From assembly GCA_012026655.1 (NCBI GenBank), contig JAAILG010000261.1, forward strand, positions 1 to 64,000: 64,000 nucleotides of DNA, read 5' to 3'. A program made the translations under genes and the position numbers. A model generated the notes under the pieces. The model did no database searches. It was not told where the DNA came from and saw only the letters and a program-made list of their open reading frames with translations. Below are positions 38,501-47,410 of this stretch, piece by piece. Every line of letters starts with the position of its first letter. The stretch's first letter is position 1. This DNA comes from Hydrolagus affinis. Lineage: Eukaryota.

Positions 38501-39133
38501 CTCAACAACATATATTTGTATTGTGCCTTTCACATCGGGAGGACATCCCAAGGCGTTTAAAAGATCTCAAGAAGGCAAGAGTGCCTTTAATAGCCCATTA
38601 CAGGATGCTCTATCAAGAAATGCTTCAACGGAGCACTAATTTGCTTTTAACGAATGTTCTTGTGGCTCTGTCATCACCACAGGGCAGGACACTTGCACTC
38701 ATAAACCAGCCTTTTTATCCCAGAAGCAGAAAGCAACACCAGAGGCGACGCCTGATAATAATAATAATATTTACATTGGATACAGCGCTTTATCACATCT
38801 TTGAGACGTATCAAAGCGCTTCACAAAATATACTGTAAAATTAATTGAATATTTATTTTGTGGCGAACTAATGTGAGAGGGGCCAGAGGCTATCGTTTTC
38901 CTGCATTTTATAGCCCCAAATCGGTGAAGTAAAATGGGGGTTGCCCCACATTTTCATAACACATCAAACAGATTTTAACTGACCTTTGAACATAACGCCA
39001 CTTCCAATAAATGTGCAATAAAAGGAGATCAGATACATATTACCTACCCTTAACAGAGCTGGTGGTGGGAATGCTCGAGGTTGTATATCTTGTCGGAGTT
39101 GAATCATTGCTGGATTTATTACTCATCATGGGA
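16686..39133 (-). CDS. PTPRE: Receptor-type tyrosine-protein phosphatase epsilon; span of 19 coding exons (682 aa from ATG 39129); 5' exon(s) lie further upstream
   Basis: Exons join in one frame with matching phases (82+88+74+137+91+77+37+98+120+161+136+150+94+77+135+126+155+136+75 = 2049 nt). D1 has [27 protein letters not shown]; D2 has [18 protein letters not shown]; C-terminus DYANFK. Juxtamembrane [23 protein letters not shown] and the very short ectodomain match PTPRE rather than PTPRA. Confidence 0.93.
16887..17022 (-). CDS. PTPRE: PTPRE D2 exon [45 protein letters not shown]
   Basis: 136 nt; ttacag / gtatgg. Confidence 0.96.
18085..18225 (+). mobile_element. L2 3' end
   Basis: ctttgagacgctgtccagcgtggcgagtgctatatagatcgaagttgttgtt. 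Confidence 0.65.
18614..18768 (-). CDS. PTPRE: PTPRE D2 exon [51 protein letters not shown](S)
   Basis: 155 nt; WPE instead of WPD; acceptor chosen by frame (atgcag), donor AG|gtaa. Confidence 0.92.
19575..19700 (-). CDS. PTPRE: PTPRE D2 exon [42 protein letters not shown]
   Basis: 126 nt; KCFQYWP; donor TCT|gtgtgt. Confidence 0.94.
20154..20288 (-). CDS. PTPRE: PTPRE D2 exon [45 protein letters not shown]
   Basis: 135 nt; IATQGP and DFW motifs. Confidence 0.96.
20998..21074 (-). CDS. PTPRE: PTPRE D2 exon (Y)[25 protein letters not shown]
   Basis: 77 nt; ag / gtgagt. Confidence 0.95.
21198..21291 (-). CDS. PTPRE: PTPRE D2 exon [31 protein letters not shown]
   Basis: 94 nt; KKARV replaces KNRY, as in PTPRE D2. 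Confidence 0.95.
21368..21545 (-). mobile_element. L2 3' end
   Basis: aacaaaattacatttgtatagcgcctttcatgtcgggaagatgtcccaagg plus purine-rich 3' UTR. Confidence 0.7.
21946..22029. repeat. Compound (CA)n/(TA)n microsatellite
   Basis: Direct reading. Confidence 0.9.
22515..22664 (-). CDS. PTPRE: PTPRE D1-D2 linker exon [50 protein letters not shown]
   Basis: 150 nt; YGDTE linker; ttgcag / gtaagt. Confidence 0.96.
22810..22970 (+). mobile_element. SINE 3' half
   Basis: gggacactgttgctgaactggctgctgtgtttcgcccacaaaatatacagtc...ggattattatt. Confidence 0.85.
22997..23125. mobile_element. MITE-like element with 42-bp imperfect inverted arms
   Basis: Arms 22997-23038 and 23084-23125 differ at about 5 positions. 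Confidence 0.65.
23186..23321 (-). CDS. PTPRE: PTPRE D1 exon [45 protein letters not shown]
   Basis: 136 nt; P-loop Arg and Q-loop. Confidence 0.96.
23688..23800 (-). mobile_element. SINE 3' fragment
   Basis: ataatcctt...cgacgtctcaaagtgcttcacagggtatattgtaaa...ttttgtgggtgaaac. Confidence 0.75.
24400..24780 (+). mobile_element. Old L2 ORF2 3' fragment
   Basis: ORF remnants [16 protein letters not shown] and [16 protein letters not shown] match the L2 ORF2 C-terminus seen at 41330-41600. Confidence 0.65.
24936..25096 (-). CDS. PTPRE: PTPRE D1 exon [53 protein letters not shown](S)
   Basis: 161 nt; intact WPD loop and catalytic Cys. Confidence 0.96.
25153..25171. repeat. (CT)n microsatellite
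   Basis: Direct reading. Confidence 0.9.
25682..25801 (-). CDS. PTPRE: PTPRE D1 exon [40 protein letters not shown]
   Basis: 120 nt; KC..YWP motif; ccacag / gtaagt. Confidence 0.96.
26545..26642 (-). CDS. PTPRE: PTPRE D1 exon [32 protein letters not shown]
   Basis: 98 nt; DFWRMIW and IVMLT motifs. Confidence 0.96.
26889..26925 (-). CDS. PTPRE: PTPRE D1 exon [12 protein letters not shown](G), followed by a GC donor
   Basis: 37 nt; IAAQG motif; acceptor ttcctcag, donor CAAG|gcaagt. Confidence 0.93.
27054..27130 (-). CDS. PTPRE: PTPRE D1 exon (G)[25 protein letters not shown]
   Basis: 77 nt; DYINAS motif; ttgcag / gtaggt. Confidence 0.95.
28009..28099 (-). CDS. PTPRE: PTPRE D1 exon [30 protein letters not shown]
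   Basis: 91 nt; KNRY pTyr-recognition loop; donor gtcagt. Confidence 0.95.
28158..28560 (+). mobile_element. Possible non-autonomous DNA-transposon relic (Helentron/HINE-like)
   Basis: Starts actagctgaacc, ends tcaatcggttattgagatc...cagacagac; resemblance from memory only. Confidence 0.25.
29250..29386 (-). CDS. PTPRE: PTPRE exon (E)[45 protein letters not shown] (wedge region)
   Basis: 137 nt, aacag / gtaagt flanks; RSAD..K.FREEFN wedge of R4-subtype PTPs. Confidence 0.95.
29520..29551. repeat. (CA)16 microsatellite
   Basis: Direct reading. Confidence 0.95.
29905..30050 (-). mobile_element. L2 3' end
   Basis: acaacaacaacttgcacttatatagtgccctccacaccggatagtgtctcagagtgctt. Confidence 0.65.
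30300..30482 (+). mobile_element. L2 3' end
   Basis: ttgggacatcctcctgacgtgaaaggcgctttacaaatac. Confidence 0.65.
31853..31926 (-). CDS. PTPRE: PTPRE juxtamembrane exon [24 protein letters not shown]
   Basis: 74 nt, ag/gt flanks, KKMPNGI.EEQ motif of PTPRE. Confidence 0.93.
34014..34150 (-). mobile_element. CR1-like 3' tail
   Basis: gaatcattgaatataacagcacagaaggaagtcattcggtccatc; related copies near 47770-47900, 49745-49860, 54810-54860, 57020-57075. Confidence 0.65.
34306..34393 (-). CDS. PTPRE: PTPRE transmembrane exon (D)[28 protein letters not shown](G)
   Basis: tttaatacag acceptor, GG|gtaag donor; about 20-aa hydrophobic stretch followed in the next exon by LRRKKK. Confidence 0.9.
34568..34856 (-). 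mobile_element. Full-length tRNA-derived SINE (short variant)
   Basis: Reverse complement has ggagtcctgtagctcagtggttagagcactcgccttac head and (TAT)n tail. Confidence 0.9.
35160..35258 (+). mobile_element. SINE 3' fragment (further fragments near 36345-36452 -, 36730-36825 -, 37180-37285 +, 45835-45950 +, 49985-50060 +, 58850-58930 +)
   Basis: tacagtatattctgtgaagcgctttgaga...atcaaatgcaaggattattatt. Confidence 0.8.
35500..35775 (+). mobile_element. SacSINE1/AmnSINE1-like DeuSINE relic (others near 46080-46155 -, 55030-55190 -, 57190-57350 -, 59570-59790 -)
   Basis: gcactcttgac..tcagaagattgtaggttcaag, tgacactccaatccagtactgggggaagcgctgca, tttggatgagac..taaacc. Confidence 0.65.
38755..38867 (-). 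mobile_element. SINE 3' fragment on the downstream side of the ectodomain exon
   Basis: ataataataat...gagacgtatcaaagcgcttcacaaaatatactgtaaa...ttttgtggcga. Confidence 0.85.
39048..39133 (-). CDS. PTPRE: PTPRE ectodomain exon (P)[27 protein letters not shown]
   Basis: Acceptor ttccatctcttccacttgcag, donor G|gtaggt. Ser/Thr-rich with sequons NKS and NDS. Phase-1 end fits the TM exon (G+AT = Asp). Confidence 0.8.
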
Positions 39134-39361
39134 CTGCAAGTGGAAGAGATGGAAAAATTATATGTTACTTTTGCTTTCAACTGAAGATGTATTCAAAACC
39201 CAATTATAATATGCATTAAACCAAATAAGACATTTTGTCCACTCATGCAGACAATATATACTTTAATAATAATAATAATCCTTGCATTATACAGTATTTG
39301 GCACCTCACACTTCATCATCCAGGCCATAATTATTTCTTCAACAAAAATTGCAGTGTTCCA

Positions 39362-39486
39362 TCCACAAAATATACAGTCAATTCACTTTACAATATATTC
39401 TGTGAAGTGCTTTGAGACATCTAGAAGATGTGATAAGATGCTATATAACATGCAAGCATTATTATTATTTATTATATTATTATTAT
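39362..39486 (+). mobile_element. SINE 3' fragment on the upstream side of the ectodomain exon
   Basis: ccacaaaatatacagtcaattcactttac...gagacatctagaagatgtgataag...attattatt. Confidence 0.85.
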
Positions 39487-39524
39487 CATGTTTTCAAAAT
39501 ATCTCAAAACACATACTGTATAAT

Positions 39525-39660
39525 GAAACTGGGGAAACTCAGCAGGTGAGCCAGTATCCATGGAGAAAGGAATGGGAGTCAACGTTTGGATGCTACCTGA
39601 TCTGCTGAGTTTCCCCAGCAACTTCTGTTTTTCTTTCAGATTCCCAGCATCCGTATTTTT
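39525..39660. mobile_element. Short inverted-repeat element (shark-type, possibly Penelope-derived)
   Basis: Arms ctggggaaactcagcaggtgagccagtatcca and tggatgctacctgatctgctgagtttccccag, then ttctgtttttctttcagattcccagcatc. Confidence 0.55.
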
Positions 39661-39674
39661 TTTTGTTTCGTATA

Positions 39675-39857
39675 GTACTGTAAATTGACTGGCTATTTTG
39701 TGGGCAAAACAAATTGCTCACAGCAGTGTTCCACAAAGATTTGTGAATTGAGTGACTGCTTTAAAAAAAAATTAAGGATTAAGGAAACTTGTCCTACATT
39801 TTGCCCTGTCCGGGAATCAAACCCAGTGTTTTAACCACTAAACTACAGGACTCCACT
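39675..39857 (-). mobile_element. SINE with internal deletions
   Basis: Ends taaccactaaactacaggactccac (reverse complement of the head). Confidence 0.75.
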
Positions 39858-41324
39858 TTTGAAGTTAATAGAATAAACTGGCAAATATCATGCTTTACAA
39901 TTAATTGACTGACATAAAAAGATACAGTAAACTGTAAAGTACACAGCTAAAGCATACAAGATAACAGAAGTAATGCTACAACTATTTAAAATAACTATAA
40001 CTATTCAGAACATTAAAAAAAATTGCATCTGCAGCTTTTGAAAATTCTATCAACACTTAATCTGTGAAAAACAAAAACAAACGGATGTCATGCCTTATCC
40101 AGGCACAGCTAGAGACAAGTTGCCAATATTGAATAAATGTGCATCTCAAAACGATTTCACTGAAATTCCTGCCCATATTTCTACTCTAAATGAAGTCCTA
40201 ATCCAAAGTATAGATCAGACTTCAGCAATACAGTGCAGAATTGAGAAGCACTTGGGTGACATCTGATGGGGCAGGGTGGGCATTGCAATTGTGTTTTTAA
40301 AAAAAATCAATTTGCTCAATATCTTCATGTTTTATATAAACCTGGGAATATGATTCCCACTAGTAGTATTATCTAGTAGCTCCTTGCTTTAAGCGTACAG
40401 AATGAGGAGTGATTAAGATTGGGTAGGAGGACTCCTATGGTAGACTTTTATACTTGTATGGGTTCACATAGAAAGAACAGTTACATTGCTTCCTTCTGCA
40501 TAAAACGCCTTAGGCTTTAATAATAGGCTTTCATCCATTATGTGTTATTACAGCTAACTATGTAATATTAAATCTAGCATTGAATGCTATCAATACATCA
40601 AACTAACTAAAAGAGAACTACTATTTAGGAAATTCATCAACAATGCATATTTAATAGCTGTCGCCAGACTCGTGTCAATTATCACATCTGTTGGGGGTTA
40701 ATTAAATGTTCCACATGTCTAAAAAATCATAAAGCACTCTGTTTAACAAAATTAACAACTGAGGCACGTATTATAATAGATTCCAACTGAATGGAGATGC
40801 TACTGCGTGTGAAGGGTGCTATATAAATGCAAGTTATTGTTGCTTTCCAAGAGAAAGTTTGCGCATGAACACAAATAGTCTAACAACAACAACAACATAC
40901 ATTAATATAGCGCCCTTCATGTGAATCCCGAGAATGTACCATCGTACACAAGAACAATTTGATATGAACTATTTTTAAAAAATGTAACCACTAGTAAGCT
41001 GACGACATGGGAGGAAATAAATAGAGCAGTGCTGATTCAACACTAGAATAAACAAGGAAAATCTATGGCTTAAATGGAGGAATTTATCCATCACAGAGAA
41101 GTGCTATGTACCCAGCAAATCCTGTGATTCTCTATTTTTAGAATGGGAAAAATTCAAACTAAAAGCGATCAGGAAACATGAACATTATTTACTCTGAACT
41201 GCAGAATTTTGTTTCCACACAAATGCTTTTCTTAGCACCAACTGTAATATTTTAGGAACAGTAACTATTCCATAGAAAAACAGCCAGCAGTCTCTGCATC
41301 TACATATCTTCTTTGTCTTTGGGA

Positions 41325-42411
41325 TTTTAAGCGGGATGGAGTTCCACAGTGTGGGAGCAGAGAGGCTGAAAGCCAGGCCGCCGATGGTTGGGCGGTTAAG
41401 GCGGTGGACGAGGAGCAGGCATGAGTCTGCTGAATGGAGGGGACAGGCAGGCTGATAGGGAGACAGCAGGTCAGAGAGATAGGCGGGTGCAAGACGGTGA
41501 ATGGCCTTGAAGGTGAGGACGAGGATCTTGAATTCGATCCTCTGGTGGAGACCGGCGAAGGTGGGAGTGATGTGGTCGCGAAGCCTGGTGCGGGAGAGTA
41601 CACGAGCTGCAGAATTCTGAATGTTCTGCAGCCTGTGAATCGAGGAGCTGGGGAGGCCGACGAGGAGAGAGTTCCCATAGTCAAGCTTAAATGTGACGAA
41701 GGCGTGTATATGTGTTTTGGCGGAGTGGGGAATGAGATACTGGCGGAGTCTGACAATATTACGGAGGTGATGGAAGGCTGTGCTGGTCATGGAGCGGATG
41801 TGGGGGAGGAAGGACAGTTCAGGGTCAACAAGATGCCCAGATTCCTGATTGGCTTTGAGAGGTAGAGAGAGCAGCCTTGAATGCTGATGTTGTCAGCGCC
41901 TGAGGTGCGGAGGTGCTGACGCGAGCCAATCAGGAGGGCTTCCGTCTTGATGACGTTGAGTTGGAGGAAGTTGGCCCTCGTCCAGAACTCAATGTCGGAC
42001 AGACATGTAGTCAGAACGCCTGAAGTCGAGGGTGGACGCGGAAAGGTAGAGTTCGGTGACATCCGCATACATGTGGAAATTTACCCCGTGTCTGCAGATG
42101 ATGTCGCCCAGCGGGAGTATATAGAGGGTGAAGAGCAGGGGGCCAAGGACAGAGCCCTGAGGAATGCCGCATGTGACTGTGCGGGGACAGTAGAGGAAAG
42201 TAACTGTGACCGCATGTGACTGTGGAGGAAAAGCTATTGGAAGAGACGAAGTGAAGGCGGTGGGAGAGATATGACTGGAACCAGGCAAGGATAGAGCCTT
42301 GAAAGTTGAGGAGGGAGGAAAGGCAGTGGAGGAGGATTGTGTGGTCGACGGTGTCGAAGGCGGAGGATAGGTCGAGAAGGACGAGGAAGCAGAAGGGGCC
42401 CTGGTCATAGA
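41325..42411 (-). mobile_element. L2-clade LINE reverse-transcriptase fragment, frameshifted (about 1.1 kb)
   Basis: [31 protein letters not shown] (YADD mutated), NFLQLNVIKTE, HITP and GGLAFSLSAPTLWNS spread over several frames. Confidence 0.93.
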
Positions 42412-42691
42412 TAGACGTCTCAAAGCGCTTCACAGAATGTACCGTAAAGTAAATTGACTGTATATTTGTGGGCAAAATGCGGCAGCCAATTGTGCACAGC
42501 AGTGTCCCACAAACAGTCTTGGTTTGAAATGATCAATTTTACTATTGTGTTTTTTTGGGGCGGGATTATTATTAAGCATGCGGAGTAAGGAAACTTGTCC
42601 AAGGTTTTGCCCTGACCTGCCTGGATTCGAACACAGGTCTCACGCTTGTAAGGTGAGTGCTCCAGTGGAGTCCTGAGCTACAGGACTCCAC
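42412..42691 (-). mobile_element. tRNA-derived SINE lacking its 3' tail, fused directly to the L2 fragment
   Basis: Minus strand reads head...ctgtgaagcgctttgagacgtcta|tctatgaccagggcc (L2). Confidence 0.9.
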
Positions 42692-42845
42692 TGGTATTGG
42701 TGTAGTCTTATTATAAATGTACACTTCAGATGTTTTAATATATCTGGTGTGGCATTATCTTATGCCCCATGGCCAGTTAGACCTCTCCACGTGCTGCTCC
42801 TACTGAGACTTATTAATCTAGCACTGACCTGCACTCAAACCTGAT

Positions 42846-42898
42846 GTGCTGTATTTGGGCACATCAATTTTTTTGATTGATGTGCCCAAATACAGCAC
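42846..42898. repeat. Perfect 23-bp inverted repeat with 7-nt loop
   Basis: gtgctgtatttgggcacatcaat-ttttttg-attgatgtgcccaaatacagcac. Confidence 0.97.
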
Positions 42899-45800
42899 TG
42901 GAATCCCTGGGCATCGGAGGATAGATAGTTGTTATCTTTCTATTTCTCTCCAAATTTGACGTCAGGCAATATCATACCAGATGATGTCTAAATAGTCTGC
43001 GGGCACATGGTAACTAGTTCTACATTCTGTAAGTCACGAGCTGATCTTCAGCTAACATGCACACTCTTTGGATAAGCTGTTGCTCATCCAAGGAAAGTGT
43101 ATCAAAAGTTAATTTCAGGGGTACTTTTCTCAGATGAATCATTGTTAAATATATTCATGGGTGAGACCTTAAAGTTAGATATGCCTACAGTATATTAGCT
43201 GCCTTAAGACTCTGAACTGTTGTTGTTTCTAGCATTTCTGCCTTTTTTTTTTGCATTTTGACCCAAACCAGCATGTCAACACTCCAGATTTAAGTTACAG
43301 CCATGTTTTCTGCAGAGTCATGCACCCATTCTGTCATTGTACCACAAACCTCAGTAATTGGCAACTCAACAAGGATCAAGTGGGCAACAACATTTTTCAC
43401 TTTAGCTGATGAAGGATACATTCTGCACGCCACAAAGTGGGTCCTCTTGAGAAAGCAATTGATGTAATACATCAAACGACAACTTTTATTCATATTGCGC
43501 TCTTCATATATAGTATAACATCTCAAAACACTTCACATTGATGGGGGGTGGTCACATGAACAAGAGAAAGGGGAAAGGGGGAAATGATCATAGGCATAGA
43601 TGTAACTTAAACACTGATAGTTAGTCTAGAATGTGGAAGTTCTAGGTTAGTGACATAGTATTGAAAGGCTGTCATCTGTTAAAGGGTTGTACTCAGAGTG
43701 GGAAGTCTGCCTTATCAGGGTGTGTGCAGGTATGCACATGGATGTAGTGCACACAAGGGCAACACCTGATTGTTTTAAAGGGAGCGTCCCAAAAAATGTG
43801 TGCACAACCTGTGTGTGGGGAAGAAATGTACCGGAAACAATATAATGTTCTTTTGTATCGGGCGAAAGGAAAAATGGAAAAGTAGATTCTGTACTTATGT
43901 GTTTGTTTTGGATTTCTATTATACAAAATATTACATTTATAAATAAATATATATTTCCCCCAAAAAAAAATAGATTGCACCCAGCTAGGCTTAATCTTAG
44001 CAATTTGGAAACCAACTACTTAAAACAATCTGGCAAATATAAAAATATTCATTAGTGATTGAGATTGGACTGAGCCTTGAATTTCTCTTTATTATTACAA
44101 TAGAGGGCGCTCTTCTTATACTCTGTTTTGGGATACATTCACTATTCATGAATAACCGGTGAAACGTCAGAAACCTCAGTATAATGGTAGCATTCTTCTA
44201 CATTGTCAGTACTGATCAAATCCTGTACAACAAGCTGCACAGCACCAACCCACAGTAAAGCCCAGCTCTGTGAATTCTATTCTCTCACTCAAAGTATGAT
44301 CTTAGCTCCCTGTGGTCCATTGCTTTGACGCTCCCACACTCTCCCCTGCCCTTTACACCTTTAGCCTACCACGGTGCTCAAGCCAAGGTCAATGCACACA
44401 TCAAATATGCCCCATCTTTGACTTTTGTACAGAATACAGCTGTATGTCTCGTCTTAGCGCTTTAAATTTGTTAACAGGCTATCAGATGCCTCTTTGTGGA
44501 TTGTCAGTAGATTTGCCTTCTTGCTCTCTGCCTGTCGCTTTTGCCTCCCTTGTTTGTTTTCGTGACGATGTCTTGACTTGTCTTCATCAAATGCTGTAAA
44601 CAGAGCTCCTCCAACCTGATTGGATCGGTTATGATGAAAGTTCACCCTTGAGATTTTAACTACCTGTCACTTTGAGATTAGGTTTGACAGGTAGATACAT
44701 ATTTTTTCCAGTTTGTGTGTCTATTTATTTTCTCTCTTCTGGTTTTGTTTCCTCTCCATGTCTGCATCACCTCATTGAATGCATGCTACTATGATTCACA
44801 ACAGAACTGTTACAGAAGCAACCTTCGTGATGGTAAAATGTCATTTTTATGTTGACCCAGCTAAAAATGTTGTTTATACAGTAAGGGCCGTGAGCAATGT
44901 TTTATTCTGATTACTTGTCTGGCATTAAAGAGCTGCTTGTTGAAAACCAACTCCTTTGCAGAACATTTCTAACATATAAGTGCTCTGGGATGCTATCCTG
45001 TGTGAGGGCCACAATATAAATGCAAATTGTTGTTACGATTTCTTCAAAGCTTCAACTTTTTATATAACGACTGTCGAGCATTGCGCTTTATCAGGGAAAA
45101 GCCCTGTTAAAAGCTGTATTCTTTCTGAAGCAGCTCTACATCTCTTTGCTGCAAATGCTTTAAATTTACAGAGCAATAAATACTCAATGCATTGGGGAGT
45201 AGTGAACTTCAAAAAAAAAACAGCCTCAGCTTATACGCTGTCTCTCGCCAACATAATTAAGCACAAACTCATTAATATTCACGAGCAGCCGACATTTGTA
45301 GTACAGAAGACACCAGAACATAAAAATGGTAATTCTCTCAATATTCTTCACATATGAAATCACTTAGCAATATATTATTGATATATAGGACACCCGAGTA
45401 GTCTGAGCCTTGGCAGGCAATAATCCCACATACAGGCATGTTCATTTAATTTTAATTTTGTTTTCAACCACATCAGCAATTCGTGTGGTGTTCAGCTTCA
45501 CTGCATGTCAAAACTCTCTCGAGTGGTTGGACCCTTGATATACACCTGCTGTGCTCTTTATTGTGTAAGTTAATTGCGTCTCCAAACTGGCATTAAAGAG
45601 CTGCTTGCTGAAGCCCAACTCCTTCCCAGTTACAAAGGTGGAATCAAAGAATGGAATGCATTGATTATTATTGCCGAGTGCAATTCGCATGGACACAATT
45701 AAAGATGTTGCAGATGATACTCAGAGAGCAACTAAATAATAATTATCCTCGCATTTCATAGAGCGTCTTTCACATTTGGGAGAACATCTCAGAGGTATAC

Positions 45801-46821
45801 TGTAGAGTGCCAGGACAGTCTATCTTATTGGCAAACGTTTGACCCACAAAATATATAGTCAATTTACATTACAGTATATTCTGTGAAGCGTTTTGAGATG
45901 TCTTGAAGACATGATGAGAACGCTATATTTAACACAAGGATTATTATTAATAAACGCATATACAAGAGGCACAAAATCTCATAATAACTAGACCTGCAAG
46001 CTAGCTGTTTATTTGTACAATGCATTCTGCATCCCTCCGTGTACTGGTAGCACCACAAATAAGGAAAATAGGATTCAAAATCAAAAGTGAGACTTGAACA
46101 CACAACCTTCTAACTCAAAAGGGAGGGTGCTACCAACTGAGGCAGGCTGACACCTGCTTGATCAGTAAGTACCTCCACAAATGATATAAAAAGAAATCAC
46201 CATGTTTTCATTGCTCTCGCTGTCTACTCCTAGCCCTCTGGAACATTTTTTCTTCTACGCTTCAACTAGCCAAGTGACATGATATCAACTTCTCATGTGT
46301 AAACACTGTCAAGAGAGAATTAACTTTACCAGGCTGTCAGAAACTCGTTCAGAGTGAAAAGGCATCCCAAATACACCAAGCAACTGATTTTTGACCTCTC
46401 TGCGAGGGGTTCTGATTATTCAGGGGGGTAGGAGTGGGGTGGCTGGAGGAGAGTGACCGATGGCACAGTTGAAGGAGGGCCTTGAGAATGTTTCTTGAAG
46501 GAAATCCCTATCCCCCATATAATCAACATCGCCTCGCACGCCTCCCCCCCTCCCCCTCACCCCACCCCAACATTCCTCATTTAGGCCACTGTACAGGTGT
46601 GACACCATTTCAAGGCAATTAAGATTTAGTGTTAGCGTTTGTTTGTAGCATCTGGTACATCGCAGACATCTAGCCTCCAGCCCAGGGCGGAGACTTCAAA
46701 GCCTCGCACGGCAAGAGTATTCGAAGGCTATTTCAGCTTATTGACAAGTGAGCAATTCAATCTTTCAACATCCTTTACATCAAATTTCAGCTCAGCCAGA
46801 ATGATAGTTGTGTTTACTTAC

Positions 46822-46970
46822 AAATGAAGGAGTTTCTATCCGTAGAAACCAGAATCACCCGGCGCAAACACTAGCGAGGTGGAGCAGGACTAGCCGGGGA
46901 CAGACCGCTAGTGAGATGGGTCCGATGGCAAGTGGGAATCCATTTGTGAAGCAACTCATGCAGTCCTTGC
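46822..46970 (-). other. Candidate upstream PTPRE exon (signal-peptide or uORF exon, two possible donors)
   Basis: Acceptor tttctttttaatctattgcag; ATG at 46957-46959; donors GG|gtgatt (exon end 46859) and TT|gtaagt (exon end 46822). Confidence 0.45.
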
Positions 46971-47100
46971 CTGCAATAGATTAAAAAGAAAGGGCAAGTT
47001 AACAATAAACCGTTGTATATCACATCTCACTCATTGCGATATGAATTGACCCTCTTTCCCCCTCCCCAATCGCCCTCAGCAAAGCCTGCAGCAACGAGGG

Positions 47101-47410
47101 CTGAATCCTGAAGCTCAATGGTTAGAGCACTCGCCTTACAAGCGTGAAACCTGTATTCGAATCCAGGGAGGTCAGGGCGAAACCTTGGGCAAGTTTCTTT
47201 ACTCCATATGCCTAATAATAATCCGTCCCCCCAAAAAATAATAAAATTGGTCATTTCAATCCAAGACTGTTTTTTGGGCACTGCTGTGCGCATTGGCTGC
47301 CGCCTTTCTCCCACAAATATACAGTCAATTCACTTTACAGTATATTCTGTGAAGCGCTTTGAAACATCTAGAAGACGTGACAAGCGCTATATCAAATGCA
47401 AGGATTATTA
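47101..47410 (+). mobile_element. Full-length tRNA-derived SINE
   Basis: agctcaatggttagagcactcgccttacaagcgtga...ttcgaatcc...atcaaatgcaaggattatta. Confidence 0.92.

Noticed and set aside
16686-39133. Calling the gene PTPRA
   Set aside because: Very short ectodomain, [16 protein letters not shown] and [10 protein letters not shown] fit PTPRE better.
41185-42475. Overlapping 90-200 aa ORFs as a functional reverse transcriptase or novel RT system
   Set aside because: Truncated, frameshifted L2 copy with YADD mutated to YADV; plus-strand ORFs are antisense shadows.
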